Shown in pieces: positions 7,969-18,548 of a stretch of DNA of 64,000 bases (position 1 is its first letter; each line of letters starts with the position of its first letter). The notes below the pieces were generated by a model. That model ran no database searches. It saw nothing but the letters and a program-made list of their open reading frames with translations, and was not told where the DNA came from. The position numbers and the translations under genes were made by a program. This DNA is from Pseudomonadota bacterium (GTDB taxonomy: Bacteria > Pseudomonadota > Gammaproteobacteria > Burkholderiales > Burkholderiaceae_C). The stretch covers positions 24,504 through 88,503 of the forward strand of contig JAZJZJ010000110.1 in assembly GCA_040389925.1 (NCBI GenBank). The letters are read 5' to 3'.

Positions 7969-10900
7969 ATGAAAACCCGTTCTGCTCGTTCCCGTGTCGC
8001 TCCTCCGGCTCGCGATGAGGCTTGGCCGCAGCAGAGCAGTTGCAGCGTGCTGGTGCTGGCGGGCTTGGGCCTGCTGGGCCTGGCGCTGCCGCACGCAGTG
8101 CAGGCGCAGACCGCGGGCGCCGTGCTGCCCGCCAACACCGTGCCGGTGCTGCGCAGCGTGGTCAGCGGCCAGGCGGTGGTCAACGCGCCGGTGCTGGGGG
8201 CAGGGCGCTCGCTGCTGACGATCGACCAGAGCTCGCAGCGCGCCATCATCGACTGGCGTTCGTTCAACATCGGCAGTGCCGCCGAGGTGCAGTTCCGCCA
8301 GCCCAACAGCACGGCGTCGACCTTGAACCGGATCTACGACGCCAACCCGACGCTCATCCAGGGCAAGCTCACGGCCAATGGCCAGCTGCTGCTGATCAAC
8401 CAGAACGGCATCCTGTTCGACCGGGGTGCGCAGGTGAACACGCAATCGCTGGTGGCCTCGACGCTGAACCTGACGAACGAGCGTTTCCTGTCGGGTGTGC
8501 TCACCGATGGCGGCCTGACGAAGCCGGCGTTCGAGGGCGGCTACGACGCCGCCGGCAACACGCTGGCCGGGCGCCCCGACGGGACGCGCCCGGGCGACAT
8601 CGGCGTCGGTACCTTCGGCGCGGCGGATGCGGCGGCGCCGAAGCTCGCGGCCAACGCCGGCGGCTCGATCATGATTTTTGCGCCCCGCATCGACAACCAG
8701 AGCGGGCTGATCAGCGCACCCGATGGCCAGGTGATCCTGGCGGCCGGCGCCAAGGCCTACCTGGCGCTCAACGACGACACCAACGACATCACGCTGCGCG
8801 GCTACCGCGTCGAGGTCGAGGCGGTGCCGGACGGCCCGGCGCTGAACCTGAGCAACCTGATCCGCAATGCCGGCGAGATCAGCGCCGACCGCGGCAACGT
8901 GTCGCTGGCGGCGCTGGCCGTCAATCAGGAAGGCCGCGTCTCGGCCAAGACCGCGGTGCAGAGCAACGGCTCGATCTACCTGAAGGCGCGCACCAAGGAC
9001 GGCGCGCAGTCGGGTGCGGTGAGCTTCAAGGCCGGCAGCGTGACCGAGGTCGTGCCGGATGCGGCCGACACCAGCACCGTGGCCGACAGCCAGGACTACA
9101 CGCTCTACCGCGGCGTGATCGAGGTGACCGGCCGCACGATCGTCAACGAGGGCACGCTGCGCGTGCCGGGCGGGCGCATCGCGCTGACCGCCGCCGACGC
9201 CACCGACCCGACGGCGGCGCGCGTCTACCTCGGCGCCGGCAGCGAAACCAGCGTCGCCGGTGCCTGGGCCGATGTGGACTACAAGAAGAACCTGCAGACC
9301 TTCCGCGTCACCTCCAACGAGCTGAAGAACTCGCCCGACCAGAAGACCGGCATCCTGCGCGGCGCCACCGTGACCGTGGATCTGCGCGAGGCCAACAACA
9401 TCCTCGAACTCGATGGCTACCGCGACATCGTGGCGCGCACCGTGACCGAGAAGGCCGGCGCCGGCGGCGAGCTGCAGATCGCCTCCAGCGGCTCGGTGGT
9501 CCAGCGCAGCGGGGCCCTGATCGACGCCTCCGGCGGCGGCTACCGCTACAACGGCGGCACCGTCAACACCTCGCGCCTGCTCGGCGACGACGGCAAGATC
9601 TACGACATCGCCAGCGCGCCCGAGCTGCGCACCTACACCAGCCTGCTCGACAGCTTTCAGCGCACCGACGCACGCTGGGGCCAGACCACCACGATGGCCA
9701 ATCCGCTCGGCACCGTGGGCGCGTACCAGGCCGGTTATTCCGAGGGCTTGGCGGGCGGCTTGGTGGCGATCAACGCCAACGCCGGGCTGGTGCTGGACGG
9801 CACGCTGAAGGGCGGCGTGACGGTGGGTTCGCACCAGCTAGCGAGCGCAGCGCGCGGTGCGACCTTGCGCATCGGCGAGTACGTGCCGACAACCGGCAGC
9901 TTCGCGCAGGCGCAGCGCATCGGCAACCTCACCTGGAGCCAGCAGGCGACCGACATGCTGGGCGCCAGCTTCAACGCGAACACGGCGCTCAGCGAACTGC
10001 AACGCGACGCGGTGACGCTGGCTGCGGGCCAGGTGTTCGGTGCCGCGACCCCCTCGGCCGACGGCCGCGTCGAGTCCGGCTTCGGTACGGTCGAGCTGAA
10101 CGTGAACGGCCGCATCGTCGTGCCGTCCGAGGTCAGCATCGTGGCGGACGTCGGCGGCGCGCTGATCCTGCGCGCGCCGCAGATCGACATCGCGGGCGAC
10201 ATCCGCCTGCCGGCGGGCAATCTGTTGATCCGTCCGGTGCTGCCACAGAGCGAGCCGATCTCACCCGACCTCGTCAGCGCGATCGAGCGGGTAACCGTGC
10301 GCGCTGGCGCCGACCTGTCGACCGCGGGCACATGGATCAACAACGCCAACCGCGACGGGTCGTTCGTCGGCACGCCCACGCCCTCCGGGCGATTGAATGC
10401 GGACGCGAGCGCGACGGCGCTGGCGATCGACGGCGGCAACATCACGATCCAGATCGACGACCCGAACCATCAGACCCGCCTCGAACGTGGCGCCACGCTG
10501 GACGTGGGCGGCGGTGCGTCGATCGCCAGCAGCCAGCGCGTCAGCGGCGGCAAGGGCGGCAAGTTGGCGATCGGCAACGGCAGCGCGAGCCAGACCAGCT
10601 CGGACTGGATGCAGGCCGAGCTGCGCGGTTTCGCGCTCGCCAACGGCGGCGAGCTGAACCTGAGCTTGGCGCGTGCGGTGATCGATGCGGATGACGCGAA
10701 CGGCGTGCTGCCCGGCAACACCACGCGGCTCGAGGCCGGGCTGTTCTCGGACCGGGGCTTCTCGAAGATCGGCATCACGGCCACCGACGGGATCGACATC
10801 GTCGCCGGCACGCAGCTGCTCGTGCAGCAGAAGAACCTGCTCGTCGACCCGCTGGCCGCGGCGCAGCTGCCCACCGGCGGCGACCTGGCGTCGATCGCCG

Positions 10901-13900
10901 GCGTGCAGCTGCTGCCGGATTCGAAGCGCGCTGCGGCATCGCTCGCGCTCAACGCCAAGGCCGGCGGCCAGCCCGGGGCGGCGACGCTGACCCTGAACCG
11001 CGAAGCGTCGATCAGCGTCGACCCCAAGGGCGAGGTCGCGCTGTCGGCGGTGAACGGCCTGACGACCGACGGGCGCATCAATGCACCCGGCGGCAAGGTC
11101 GGCCTGACGCTGAACGGTCCGGTCGATCTGACGGCGCCTGACCTGCGCCTCGGCAGTGCGGCCGTGATCTCGACCGCCGGCGTCTTCGTGCCCACGCCCA
11201 ACGATCGCGGTCTGGTGCAGGGCACGCTCGTCAACGCCGGCGCCGTTACGCTCGACGCCAAGAACGCCGGCGTGCAGGTCGCGGCCGGCGCGCGCATCGA
11301 CGTGAGCGGCGTCAACCAGACCGTCGATGTCGCCACCTCCGGCGAGCAGCCGGCCCTCGCGCAGCAGACCCTCGAAGGGCAGGCCGGTGCGTTGATCGTC
11401 AAGTCGCAGGGCGGCGCCGCGTTCGACGGCGCACTGCTCGGTCACGGCGGTTCGGCCGGCGCGGCCGGCGGCAGTTTCGCGCTCGAATTGATGCGCCCCG
11501 ACGGCCAAGCCAGCTTGCCCGACGAGCGGCGCATCGTCGTCACCTCCGGCCGCAATCGGGTGCCCACCGAATCCGGGCTGGTGGACGCCACCGTCAACAT
11601 CGACGAGCTGACCGCGCGCGGGTTCGAGAAGCTGCGCCTGCAGTCGGAGAACCGGATCGAATTCCAGGGCTCCTCGACGCTCGCGTTCGAGCGCGGCATC
11701 CGCCTCGACGCGCCGCTGATCGAGGTGGCCGGCGACGCGCGCGTCGAGTTGCGCGCGTCGACGGTGTCGCTCGGGCAGTCACTGGGCGAGCGCCAGCTCG
11801 CGTCCGGCAGCGACGGCGACATCTGGCAGATCGCCGACGGCTCGGTCGCGCCCACGCTGGCGACCCGCGCTGGCGGCGGCGTGCTCGGGGTCAGCGCCGG
11901 CGCGGTGAACCTGTACGGCAGCCTCACCATCAACGGCACCAGCCTGACGCGCATCGAGAGCGACAGCGACATCCAGCTCATCGGGCGGCCGGTCACCTTC
12001 GCCTCCACGACCGGCGGGCAGCCGGTGTCACGGCAGATCGGCGCCCTCACCAGCGCCGGCAACATCGAGCTCGAAGCGGCGCAGGTCTACCCGGCCACGC
12101 GAACCGAGTACACGTTCTCGGTCAGGGACCAGCCCACAGGCACGCTCACTGACGGCGGCCTCATCTCGATGGCCAGCAACGGCAACGCGGCCGGCAGCGT
12201 TTACTCGGCCGCCGGCAAGCTGACGCTCGAGGCGCAGACCATCGTGCAGGCCGGCACGCTGAAGGCGCCGCTGGGAGAGATCGATCTGCGAGCCGGCAAG
12301 CTGCTCGAGCTGGCCGATGGCAGCCTGACCTCGGTTTCCGGCAACGGCCTCGACGTGCTCTATGGCACCACGCTGGCGGGCATTCTGTGGCGCTACACGG
12401 ACGGCAGCGCGACCACCGCGACGAGCCTCGATTCGGTCACCGAAGCGGGCAAGCACATCACGCTGAGTGCGCCGACGACGAACGTGCGCTCCGGCGCGAG
12501 CGTGGACCTCAGCGGCGGCGGCGATGTGCTTGCGGTCGAGTTCGTGCCGGGCAACGGCGGTGACACCGACATCACGTTGCGCGACAACACCTACGCGATC
12601 ATCCCCACGGCCAAACTGGCGGCGATGCCGTTCGACAGCCACACCCTGGCACTGAAGGACCCGGGCTTCGGCTTCGCGCTCGGCAGCGGGCGCGACACCG
12701 CGCTCTACGACAGCATCCGGATCGGCGCCGGCGCGGCCGTGCCGGCCGGCGAGTACACGCTGCTGCCGGCGCGCCACGCGCTGCTGGCCGATGCCTACCT
12801 GGTGGAACTGGCCACCGGCTCGGCCTACCGCAATCTCCAAGCCGGCCAGACCACGACGTTGGCCAACGGCGACGTGGTCGTCGCCGGCTTTCGCAGCGCG
12901 CGCGGCACGAGCGTGCGCGAATCGCAAAGCGTGGGCGTGATCGTCAGCGCCGGCGCGGCGGTGAAGCAGTCGTCCGACTACAACCTGAGCGGCGCTTCGT
13001 TCTTCGCCGACGCGGCCGCGCTCGAGCGCGTCGCCGCACCCCGCGCGCCCTGGGATGCCGGGCGGCTGTCGATCGAAAACGCGACGGCACTGACGCTCTC
13101 CGGCAGCTTCGAAACCGCGGCCGCAAGCTCGGCATCGAAGGCGGCCGGCCGCGCCGCGGAGATCGACATCGCCGGCGGCCGCATCGCGGTGGTCGATAGC
13201 GTCGGCGACGCGACCGTGGATGCGAGCTATCTGCAGATCGCCGGCGAGTCACTGTCGCGCCTGCAGGGCAGCGTGCTGCTCGGCGGCACGCGCAGCGACA
13301 CCGACACCGGCATCCGCATCAGCACCAGCGCCAGCGACGTGCTGGTCGCCAACAGCAGTGCCGGCGCCGTGCGCGTGCCCGAGCTGATGCTCGCGGCCAC
13401 CGACAGCATCGACATCCGCGCCGGCAGCGTGCTGGCCGGCACCGGCACCGCCGTGGGCAGCTCGCCGCAGGTCATCGGCAGCGAAGCCTCGGGCGCGCTC
13501 GTGCGCCTGAGCAACGGCGACCAGACGCGGCTGGATCGCGGCACGGCCAGCGCCGCCAGCGGCGTTGTCCGGATTGCGGACAGCGCCAGCCTGAGCGCCG
13601 ACAAATCCCTGCTGATCGATGCGACCCAATCCACCGAGTCGGCGGGCCAGTTGCGCGCCGGCGGGGCGCTCGGCGCCGGCGGCTCGCTGAGCCTGTCGTC
13701 GGTGCAGGTGAGTCTGGGTGACACCGCCAATGCGGCCGGCCCGCTCGCCGGGCTGGTGCTGTCGAACACCGATCTCGCGGCCTTCGGCGCGCTCGATGAA
13801 CTGGTGCTGCGCGGTTATGGCGCGATCGACCTGATCGGCAGCACCACCTTGGGCTCGGCGAGCCTCGGCCACCTGACCCTGGACACCCCGTTGCTGCAAG

Positions 13901-16900
13901 GCCGTGCCGGCGCCGACGGCCGCGCGCCGCAGGCCACGCTCGCGGCGCGCGAAATCGAACTCGCGAACCACAGCACGGCCAGCGCCGCAACGACCACCGG
14001 CACCGGCAGCTTGGGCGCGAACGCCGAACGCGTCGTGATCGGTGCCGGCGCGAAGGCCGTGTCCGGCTTCGCCAGCACGCAGCTGACGGCGCGCGACCAC
14101 GTGCTCAGCGAAGGCGAGGGCGCGCTGCGCGTGGCCGGTGCGCTGACACTGCAAGCCCCGCGCGTGCAGGCGCGCGGCGGATCGAAGCAGATCGTGAGTG
14201 CGGTGGACACCAGCCAGGCCGACACGCCCGTCTACGCGGCGTTGACCGTGGCCGGCGCGGCAGCTGCCGCAACGGCCGCAACCGATGCGATCGAACTGGG
14301 TGGACGGCTCACGCTGGAAGGCCGCAACGTCGCGGTGGCCACCACGGTGCAGGCGCGCTCGGGGCAGATCACCGTCGCCGCGCGCGGCGCCGACAGTGGC
14401 GACGGCGTCACGCTCGCCAGCGGCGCGCTGCTCGACGCCCGCGGGCAGGCGAAGGATTTCAACGGCAGCATCACCACGGCCGACGGCGGCACGGTGGCGC
14501 TGAACACCGCGACCGGCGCGGTGGCCGTGCAGGCGGGCGCGAAGGTCGATGTTTCGGCGGCGGTCGAAGGCGGCGCGGGCGGTCGGGTGACGGTTCAGGC
14601 GGCCGCGCTGGCGCTGGCCGGCGAACTGGCCGGCCGCGCCGGCGCGGGCGAGCGCTCCGGCTCGGTGGCCCTGGACCTCGGGGCACTCGCGAACTTCACG
14701 TCGCTGAACACCGCGCTGAACGCGGGCGGTTTTGCCGAGGAGCGGCAATTGCGCGTGCGCAGCGGCGACCTCGCGGTGGCTGCAACCGACAACGTCGCGG
14801 CACGCCGCGTCACGCTCGCCGCCGACACCGGGCGCATCGACGTGGCCGGCACGATCGGCCCCGGCGCCGCGGACGGCGGTGCGCGCGTCAATCTGTTCGC
14901 CGACACCGGCCTCGCACTGGCGGCCGGCAGCCGGATCCTCGCCAACGGCAGCAACGCAGGCGCGCGCGGCGGCGAGCTGCGCATCGCCACGCGCACCGGT
15001 GCGCTGGACTTCGACAGTGCCGCGACGATCGACGTTCGCGCCGGTGATGCCGGCGTGGCGGGCTCGGTGATCTTCGGCGTGGGCCGCGACGACAACAATG
15101 CGATGGGCGCGACCCGACTCGACGGCACGGTGAAGCGCTGGAGCGATGCCGGCCTGGCCGCGCGCAGCGCCGGCGTGGCGGGCGATCCGGCCGCGTCGGT
15201 GGACCTGGAAGCCACCCGCACTTACCGCGTGGGCAGCGGCGACGCCGTCGACATCGACACACTCGGCGCGGACCATGCGGCCTTCGTCGCTGTCGACAAT
15301 GCGGCGACGACCCGTGCGCTGCGCGACGAGACCGGCGCGCTCGCCGGCGCGCGCGTGCTCGGCGCGACCGAAGTGCAGAGCACCGGCAACCTGACGCTTG
15401 CGTCCGCGTGGGACCTGACGAACGCACAGTGGCTGGCGGCCGACCTGCCCGGCACCCTGACGCTTCGGGCAGCGGGCGACCTAACGCTGAGCCGATCGCT
15501 CGGCTCACCCAACGACGCCCTGCGCGCCGGCGACACCTGGAACCTGCGCTTGGTGGCCGGCGTCGATCTGGCTGCGGCGAACCCGCTCGCCACGCTGACG
15601 GCCGACCGCCTGCCGGCCGACACCGGCTCGCTCATGCTCACCGGCGCGAACGCCAAGCTGCGCACCGGCACCGGCCGCGACAACGTCGCGGCGACCATCT
15701 ACCCGGCTGGCCGCATCGGCGCGACCGATAGCGCGAATACCGACAGCGCCAGCTACGACCGCTGGGCGGTCGACGGCGGTGGCATTTCGATCACCGCGGG
15801 CGGCGAACTCGCCGCTGCCGACGGCGCCGGCCGCGACCTGTGGATCAACGAATGGCTGCGCCGGCCGCGCCAATCGAACGCGGCGTTCACGGCCCTGCAA
15901 CCGACCGACTGGTGGAGCCACCGGCCGCGCTTCCAGCAGGGCGTGGGCACGCTGGGCGGCGGCGACATCGACATCGCGGCGGGCGGCAGCGTCAGCAACC
16001 TGGCAGCGATGTTGCCGACCAGTGGCCGCACTTACCGTGACGACAACGGCGTGCGCCAGGTCGACGTGCAAGGCGGCGGCAACCTGAGCGTGCGCGCCGG
16101 CGAAGACGTGGTCGGCAGCTCGTTCCTGGTGGCGCGCGGCGCCGGCCGTGTCGAAGCGGCGGGCGACATCGGCACGACCAAGGCCACACAGTTGTACGTG
16201 ATGGGCGCGAGCAGCGGCGCGGTGCCCGAGGGCGCAAGCATCGATCTCGTGGCGGGGGGCGCGGTGGCGCTGCAGAGCGTCAGCAACCCGACGGCGATGT
16301 TCATCCCCAACAAGGATGCGAGCGACGCCGCGACCGGCCCGAGCTTCGGCACCCAGGGCAGCTTTTCGACCTTCTTCACCTATTCGGCGAGCAGCCGCGC
16401 CGGCGTGACCGCCAAGAGCGGCGATCTGGCGTACGAAGCGGTGCTTTCGGACGCCGGCACGTGGCGCACCTTCAACAGGGCGTCGCAGATCAACGCCGAG
16501 CGCACCCAGTTCTTCGGTGCGTTCCCGGCCAGTCTCGACTTCAGCGCCTTCAACGGCGACATCTCGGGTCCCTTGTTGTCGGATGCGATCACGACATTTC
16601 CATCGACCACTGCCCACGTGACGATGTTCGCCGGCGACTCGCTGGTCAACGTCGGCTTCTACAGTTCCGACCGCGACCCGGCCACGGTGATCACGCCGAC
16701 CACCAGCGTTGAACTCGCCAACATCGGCGCGCGCCAGATCGATGGTCGCGCGGGGCTGCAGCCGACCGCTGGCCAGGCGCGCATCGTGTCGCGGGAGGTC
16801 ACGAACCCCTACGCCTTCGAGCTTCAAGCCCTGAACGGCAGCATTCAGGCGAGCGAGAGCGCCACCGCGGTCGTCTTTACCGCGGCCGGCCGGGTGCGCG

Positions 16901-18525
16901 CCGGTGTCGACATCGTGGGTGCGAGTCTGCAATTGCAGAACCTCGAGCCGACCGACGTCACCGAGGTGCGTGCCGACACCGGCGACTTCCGCGCACCGAT
17001 CGGTATCGAGATCCGCGGCCCCGGACAGTTGCTGCTGCAAGCCGGCCGGAACATCGACCTCGGCACTGCATTGATCGCCGGAGGCGGGACGCAGGGCGGC
17101 ATCGGCGGCCTGGTGGCCACCGGCAACACGGCGAACCCGCAACTGGCGTACGACGAAAGCGCGCGTGTGACGCTCGTGGCCGGCGTCAAGGGCAAGGTCG
17201 ACCTGACGACGATGGACGGCGCGTACACCGAGATCATCGCGCTCAACGCGGTGTCGGCCGACATCATCGACCTGTACCGCCAGCTCGGCACCGAGCCCGA
17301 TGCGAGCGTCGTGCTGGCCGCCGCCGACGTGGCCGCGCTGGCGACGCGCGATCCGAGCTATGCCCGCTTCGCGTCGCTCGACACCAAGGCGCCGCGTGCG
17401 CTCGCGGCCTGGCAGGACGCGCTGCGCGTCAACAAGCTGCCGCTGGGTCCGACCGCCGACAGCGCCGCCGCAGCCGAGCTGTACCGCTTGCTGAACAGCG
17501 AAACCGATGTCGCCAGGTTGCAGGCGGCCGGCTCGGTGGCGACCCTGGCGGCCGGCCCCGGCGGGGCCGCCTACGGCGTCTACGTGGGCTTGGACCAGCG
17601 CTACCCCAGCGTCTTCACCGACTACCTGCAGCGTCGCAGCAAGGGCGCGCTGCCGACCGGCGTGACGCCGATCGTGTTCTCGAACGCATTGGCGGCGGTG
17701 GTGGCCGAGGTGGTGCCGACAGCCGCCATCTCTGGCGGCAACATCAGCAGCTACCAGACCTCGATCCAGACCTATGGCGGCAGCGCCATCGACCTGTGGG
17801 CACCGGGCGGCAACATCGTCGTCGGACTGACCACGCCGGGCGAGAAGACGGTGGGCGTGCTCACCAACGCCGGTGGCGCGATCCGCAGCGTGCTGTCGGG
17901 CGACTTCAACATCAACCAGGGCAAGCTGATCACGGCGCAGGGCGGCGATGTGTTGCTGCTCTCGTCGCAGGGCAGCATCGACGCCGGCCGCGGTGCCAAG
18001 ACCTCGCTGTCGACGCCGCCGCCGGTGCGTCAGCCGATCCTCGATGCCGAGGGCAACCAGATCGGGGTGCGCATCTCGGTCCCGGCCGGCGCGACCGGCA
18101 GCGGCATCCAGACCCTGAGCTCCGATCCCGACGGGCTGGGTCCGCTGCTCGCGCCGAAGGCCGGCGACGTGTACCTGTTCGCGCCCGCCGGATCGATCGA
18201 CGCGGGTGAAGCCGGCATTCGCTCCAGCGGCAACATCGTGCTGAACGCGCAGACGGTGCTGAACGCCAGCAACATCTCGTCGGCGGGCACCTCGGTCGGT
18301 GTGCCACTGGCCACGACCGGCAGCCTGGCCTCGTCGCTGGCCAGCGGCAGCACCACGACCAGCGGCTCGAAGGCGGCCGAAGACGCCGCCGGCAGTGCAT
18401 CCAAGGCAGCCCGCGCCGCCGCGGCCGCAGAGGGTTTGCAGAAGCCGACGATCCTGACGGTCGAGGTGCTCGGGTTCGGCGACAAGAATTGCAAGGAGCA
18501 GCAGAAGGACTGCTTCGCGAAGTAA
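7969..18525 (+). CDS. Giant filamentous haemagglutinin-like TpsA (3518 aa) with DUF3739-type C-terminus
   Basis: Signal peptide ending AVQA; TPS secretion domain (AIIDWRSFNIG, LNRI, LINQNGILF); long G/A/T/S beta-helix-type repeats; C-terminal IDAGRGAKT...APAGSIDAGEAGIR...VEVLGFG. Start corrected to ATG 7969. Confidence 0.93.
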   Translation: MKTRSARSRVAPPARDEAWPQQSSCSVLVLAGLGLLGLALPHAVQAQTAGAVLPANTVPVLRSVVSGQAVVNAPVLGAGRSLLTIDQSSQRAIIDWRSFNIGSAAEVQFRQPNSTASTLNRIYDANPTLIQGKLTANGQLLLINQNGILFDRGAQVNTQSLVASTLNLTNERFLSGVLTDGGLTKPAFEGGYDAAGNTLAGRPDGTRPGDIGVGTFGAADAAAPKLAANAGGSIMIFAPRIDNQSGLISAPDGQVILAAGAKAYLALNDDTNDITLRGYRVEVEAVPDGPALNLSNLIRNAGEISADRGNVSLAALAVNQEGRVSAKTAVQSNGSIYLKARTKDGAQSGAVSFKAGSVTEVVPDAADTSTVADSQDYTLYRGVIEVTGRTIVNEGTLRVPGGRIALTAADATDPTAARVYLGAGSETSVAGAWADVDYKKNLQTFRVTSNELKNSPDQKTGILRGATVTVDLREANNILELDGYRDIVARTVTEKAGAGGELQIASSGSVVQRSGALIDASGGGYRYNGGTVNTSRLLGDDGKIYDIASAPELRTYTSLLDSFQRTDARWGQTTTMANPLGTVGAYQAGYSEGLAGGLVAINANAGLVLDGTLKGGVTVGSHQLASAARGATLRIGEYVPTTGSFAQAQRIGNLTWSQQATDMLGASFNANTALSELQRDAVTLAAGQVFGAATPSADGRVESGFGTVELNVNGRIVVPSEVSIVADVGGALILRAPQIDIAGDIRLPAGNLLIRPVLPQSEPISPDLVSAIERVTVRAGADLSTAGTWINNANRDGSFVGTPTPSGRLNADASATALAIDGGNITIQIDDPNHQTRLERGATLDVGGGASIASSQRVSGGKGGKLAIGNGSASQTSSDWMQAELRGFALANGGELNLSLARAVIDADDANGVLPGNTTRLEAGLFSDRGFSKIGITATDGIDIVAGTQLLVQQKNLLVDPLAAAQLPTGGDLASIAGVQLLPDSKRAAASLALNAKAGGQPGAATLTLNREASISVDPKGEVALSAVNGLTTDGRINAPGGKVGLTLNGPVDLTAPDLRLGSAAVISTAGVFVPTPNDRGLVQGTLVNAGAVTLDAKNAGVQVAAGARIDVSGVNQTVDVATSGEQPALAQQTLEGQAGALIVKSQGGAAFDGALLGHGGSAGAAGGSFALELMRPDGQASLPDERRIVVTSGRNRVPTESGLVDATVNIDELTARGFEKLRLQSENRIEFQGSSTLAFERGIRLDAPLIEVAGDARVELRASTVSLGQSLGERQLASGSDGDIWQIADGSVAPTLATRAGGGVLGVSAGAVNLYGSLTINGTSLTRIESDSDIQLIGRPVTFASTTGGQPVSRQIGALTSAGNIELEAAQVYPATRTEYTFSVRDQPTGTLTDGGLISMASNGNAAGSVYSAAGKLTLEAQTIVQAGTLKAPLGEIDLRAGKLLELADGSLTSVSGNGLDVLYGTTLAGILWRYTDGSATTATSLDSVTEAGKHITLSAPTTNVRSGASVDLSGGGDVLAVEFVPGNGGDTDITLRDNTYAIIPTAKLAAMPFDSHTLALKDPGFGFALGSGRDTALYDSIRIGAGAAVPAGEYTLLPARHALLADAYLVELATGSAYRNLQAGQTTTLANGDVVVAGFRSARGTSVRESQSVGVIVSAGAAVKQSSDYNLSGASFFADAAALERVAAPRAPWDAGRLSIENATALTLSGSFETAAASSASKAAGRAAEIDIAGGRIAVVDSVGDATVDASYLQIAGESLSRLQGSVLLGGTRSDTDTGIRISTSASDVLVANSSAGAVRVPELMLAATDSIDIRAGSVLAGTGTAVGSSPQVIGSEASGALVRLSNGDQTRLDRGTASAASGVVRIADSASLSADKSLLIDATQSTESAGQLRAGGALGAGGSLSLSSVQVSLGDTANAAGPLAGLVLSNTDLAAFGALDELVLRGYGAIDLIGSTTLGSASLGHLTLDTPLLQGRAGADGRAPQATLAAREIELANHSTASAATTTGTGSLGANAERVVIGAGAKAVSGFASTQLTARDHVLSEGEGALRVAGALTLQAPRVQARGGSKQIVSAVDTSQADTPVYAALTVAGAAAAATAATDAIELGGRLTLEGRNVAVATTVQARSGQITVAARGADSGDGVTLASGALLDARGQAKDFNGSITTADGGTVALNTATGAVAVQAGAKVDVSAAVEGGAGGRVTVQAAALALAGELAGRAGAGERSGSVALDLGALANFTSLNTALNAGGFAEERQLRVRSGDLAVAATDNVAARRVTLAADTGRIDVAGTIGPGAADGGARVNLFADTGLALAAGSRILANGSNAGARGGELRIATRTGALDFDSAATIDVRAGDAGVAGSVIFGVGRDDNNAMGATRLDGTVKRWSDAGLAARSAGVAGDPAASVDLEATRTYRVGSGDAVDIDTLGADHAAFVAVDNAATTRALRDETGALAGARVLGATEVQSTGNLTLASAWDLTNAQWLAADLPGTLTLRAAGDLTLSRSLGSPNDALRAGDTWNLRLVAGVDLAAANPLATLTADRLPADTGSLMLTGANAKLRTGTGRDNVAATIYPAGRIGATDSANTDSASYDRWAVDGGGISITAGGELAAADGAGRDLWINEWLRRPRQSNAAFTALQPTDWWSHRPRFQQGVGTLGGGDIDIAAGGSVSNLAAMLPTSGRTYRDDNGVRQVDVQGGGNLSVRAGEDVVGSSFLVARGAGRVEAAGDIGTTKATQLYVMGASSGAVPEGASIDLVAGGAVALQSVSNPTAMFIPNKDASDAATGPSFGTQGSFSTFFTYSASSRAGVTAKSGDLAYEAVLSDAGTWRTFNRASQINAERTQFFGAFPASLDFSAFNGDISGPLLSDAITTFPSTTAHVTMFAGDSLVNVGFYSSDRDPATVITPTTSVELANIGARQIDGRAGLQPTAGQARIVSREVTNPYAFELQALNGSIQASESATAVVFTAAGRVRAGVDIVGASLQLQNLEPTDVTEVRADTGDFRAPIGIEIRGPGQLLLQAGRNIDLGTALIAGGGTQGGIGGLVATGNTANPQLAYDESARVTLVAGVKGKVDLTTMDGAYTEIIALNAVSADIIDLYRQLGTEPDASVVLAAADVAALATRDPSYARFASLDTKAPRALAAWQDALRVNKLPLGPTADSAAAAELYRLLNSETDVARLQAAGSVATLAAGPGGAAYGVYVGLDQRYPSVFTDYLQRRSKGALPTGVTPIVFSNALAAVVAEVVPTAAISGGNISSYQTSIQTYGGSAIDLWAPGGNIVVGLTTPGEKTVGVLTNAGGAIRSVLSGDFNINQGKLITAQGGDVLLLSSQGSIDAGRGAKTSLSTPPPVRQPILDAEGNQIGVRISVPAGATGSGIQTLSSDPDGLGPLLAPKAGDVYLFAPAGSIDAGEAGIRSSGNIVLNAQTVLNASNISSAGTSVGVPLATTGSLASSLASGSTTTSGSKAAEDAAGSASKAARAAAAAEGLQKPTILTVEVLGFGDKNCKEQQKDCFAK
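17263..17661 (+). repeat. Two tandem ~65-70 aa diverged helical repeats inside TpsA
   Basis: DLYRQLGTEPD..LAAADVAALA..Y..FASLD..LPLG versus ELYRLLNSETD..QAAGSVATLA..Y..YVGLD..LPTG. Confidence 0.65.
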
Positions 18526-18548
18526 TGCGCCGCGACCGCCGCCCCAGC

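Noticed and set aside
7969-18525. TpsA as a CDI toxin or haemolysin
   Set aside because: No VENN-type pre-toxin motif or variable toxin tip; the next gene is a GT4, not an immunity gene.
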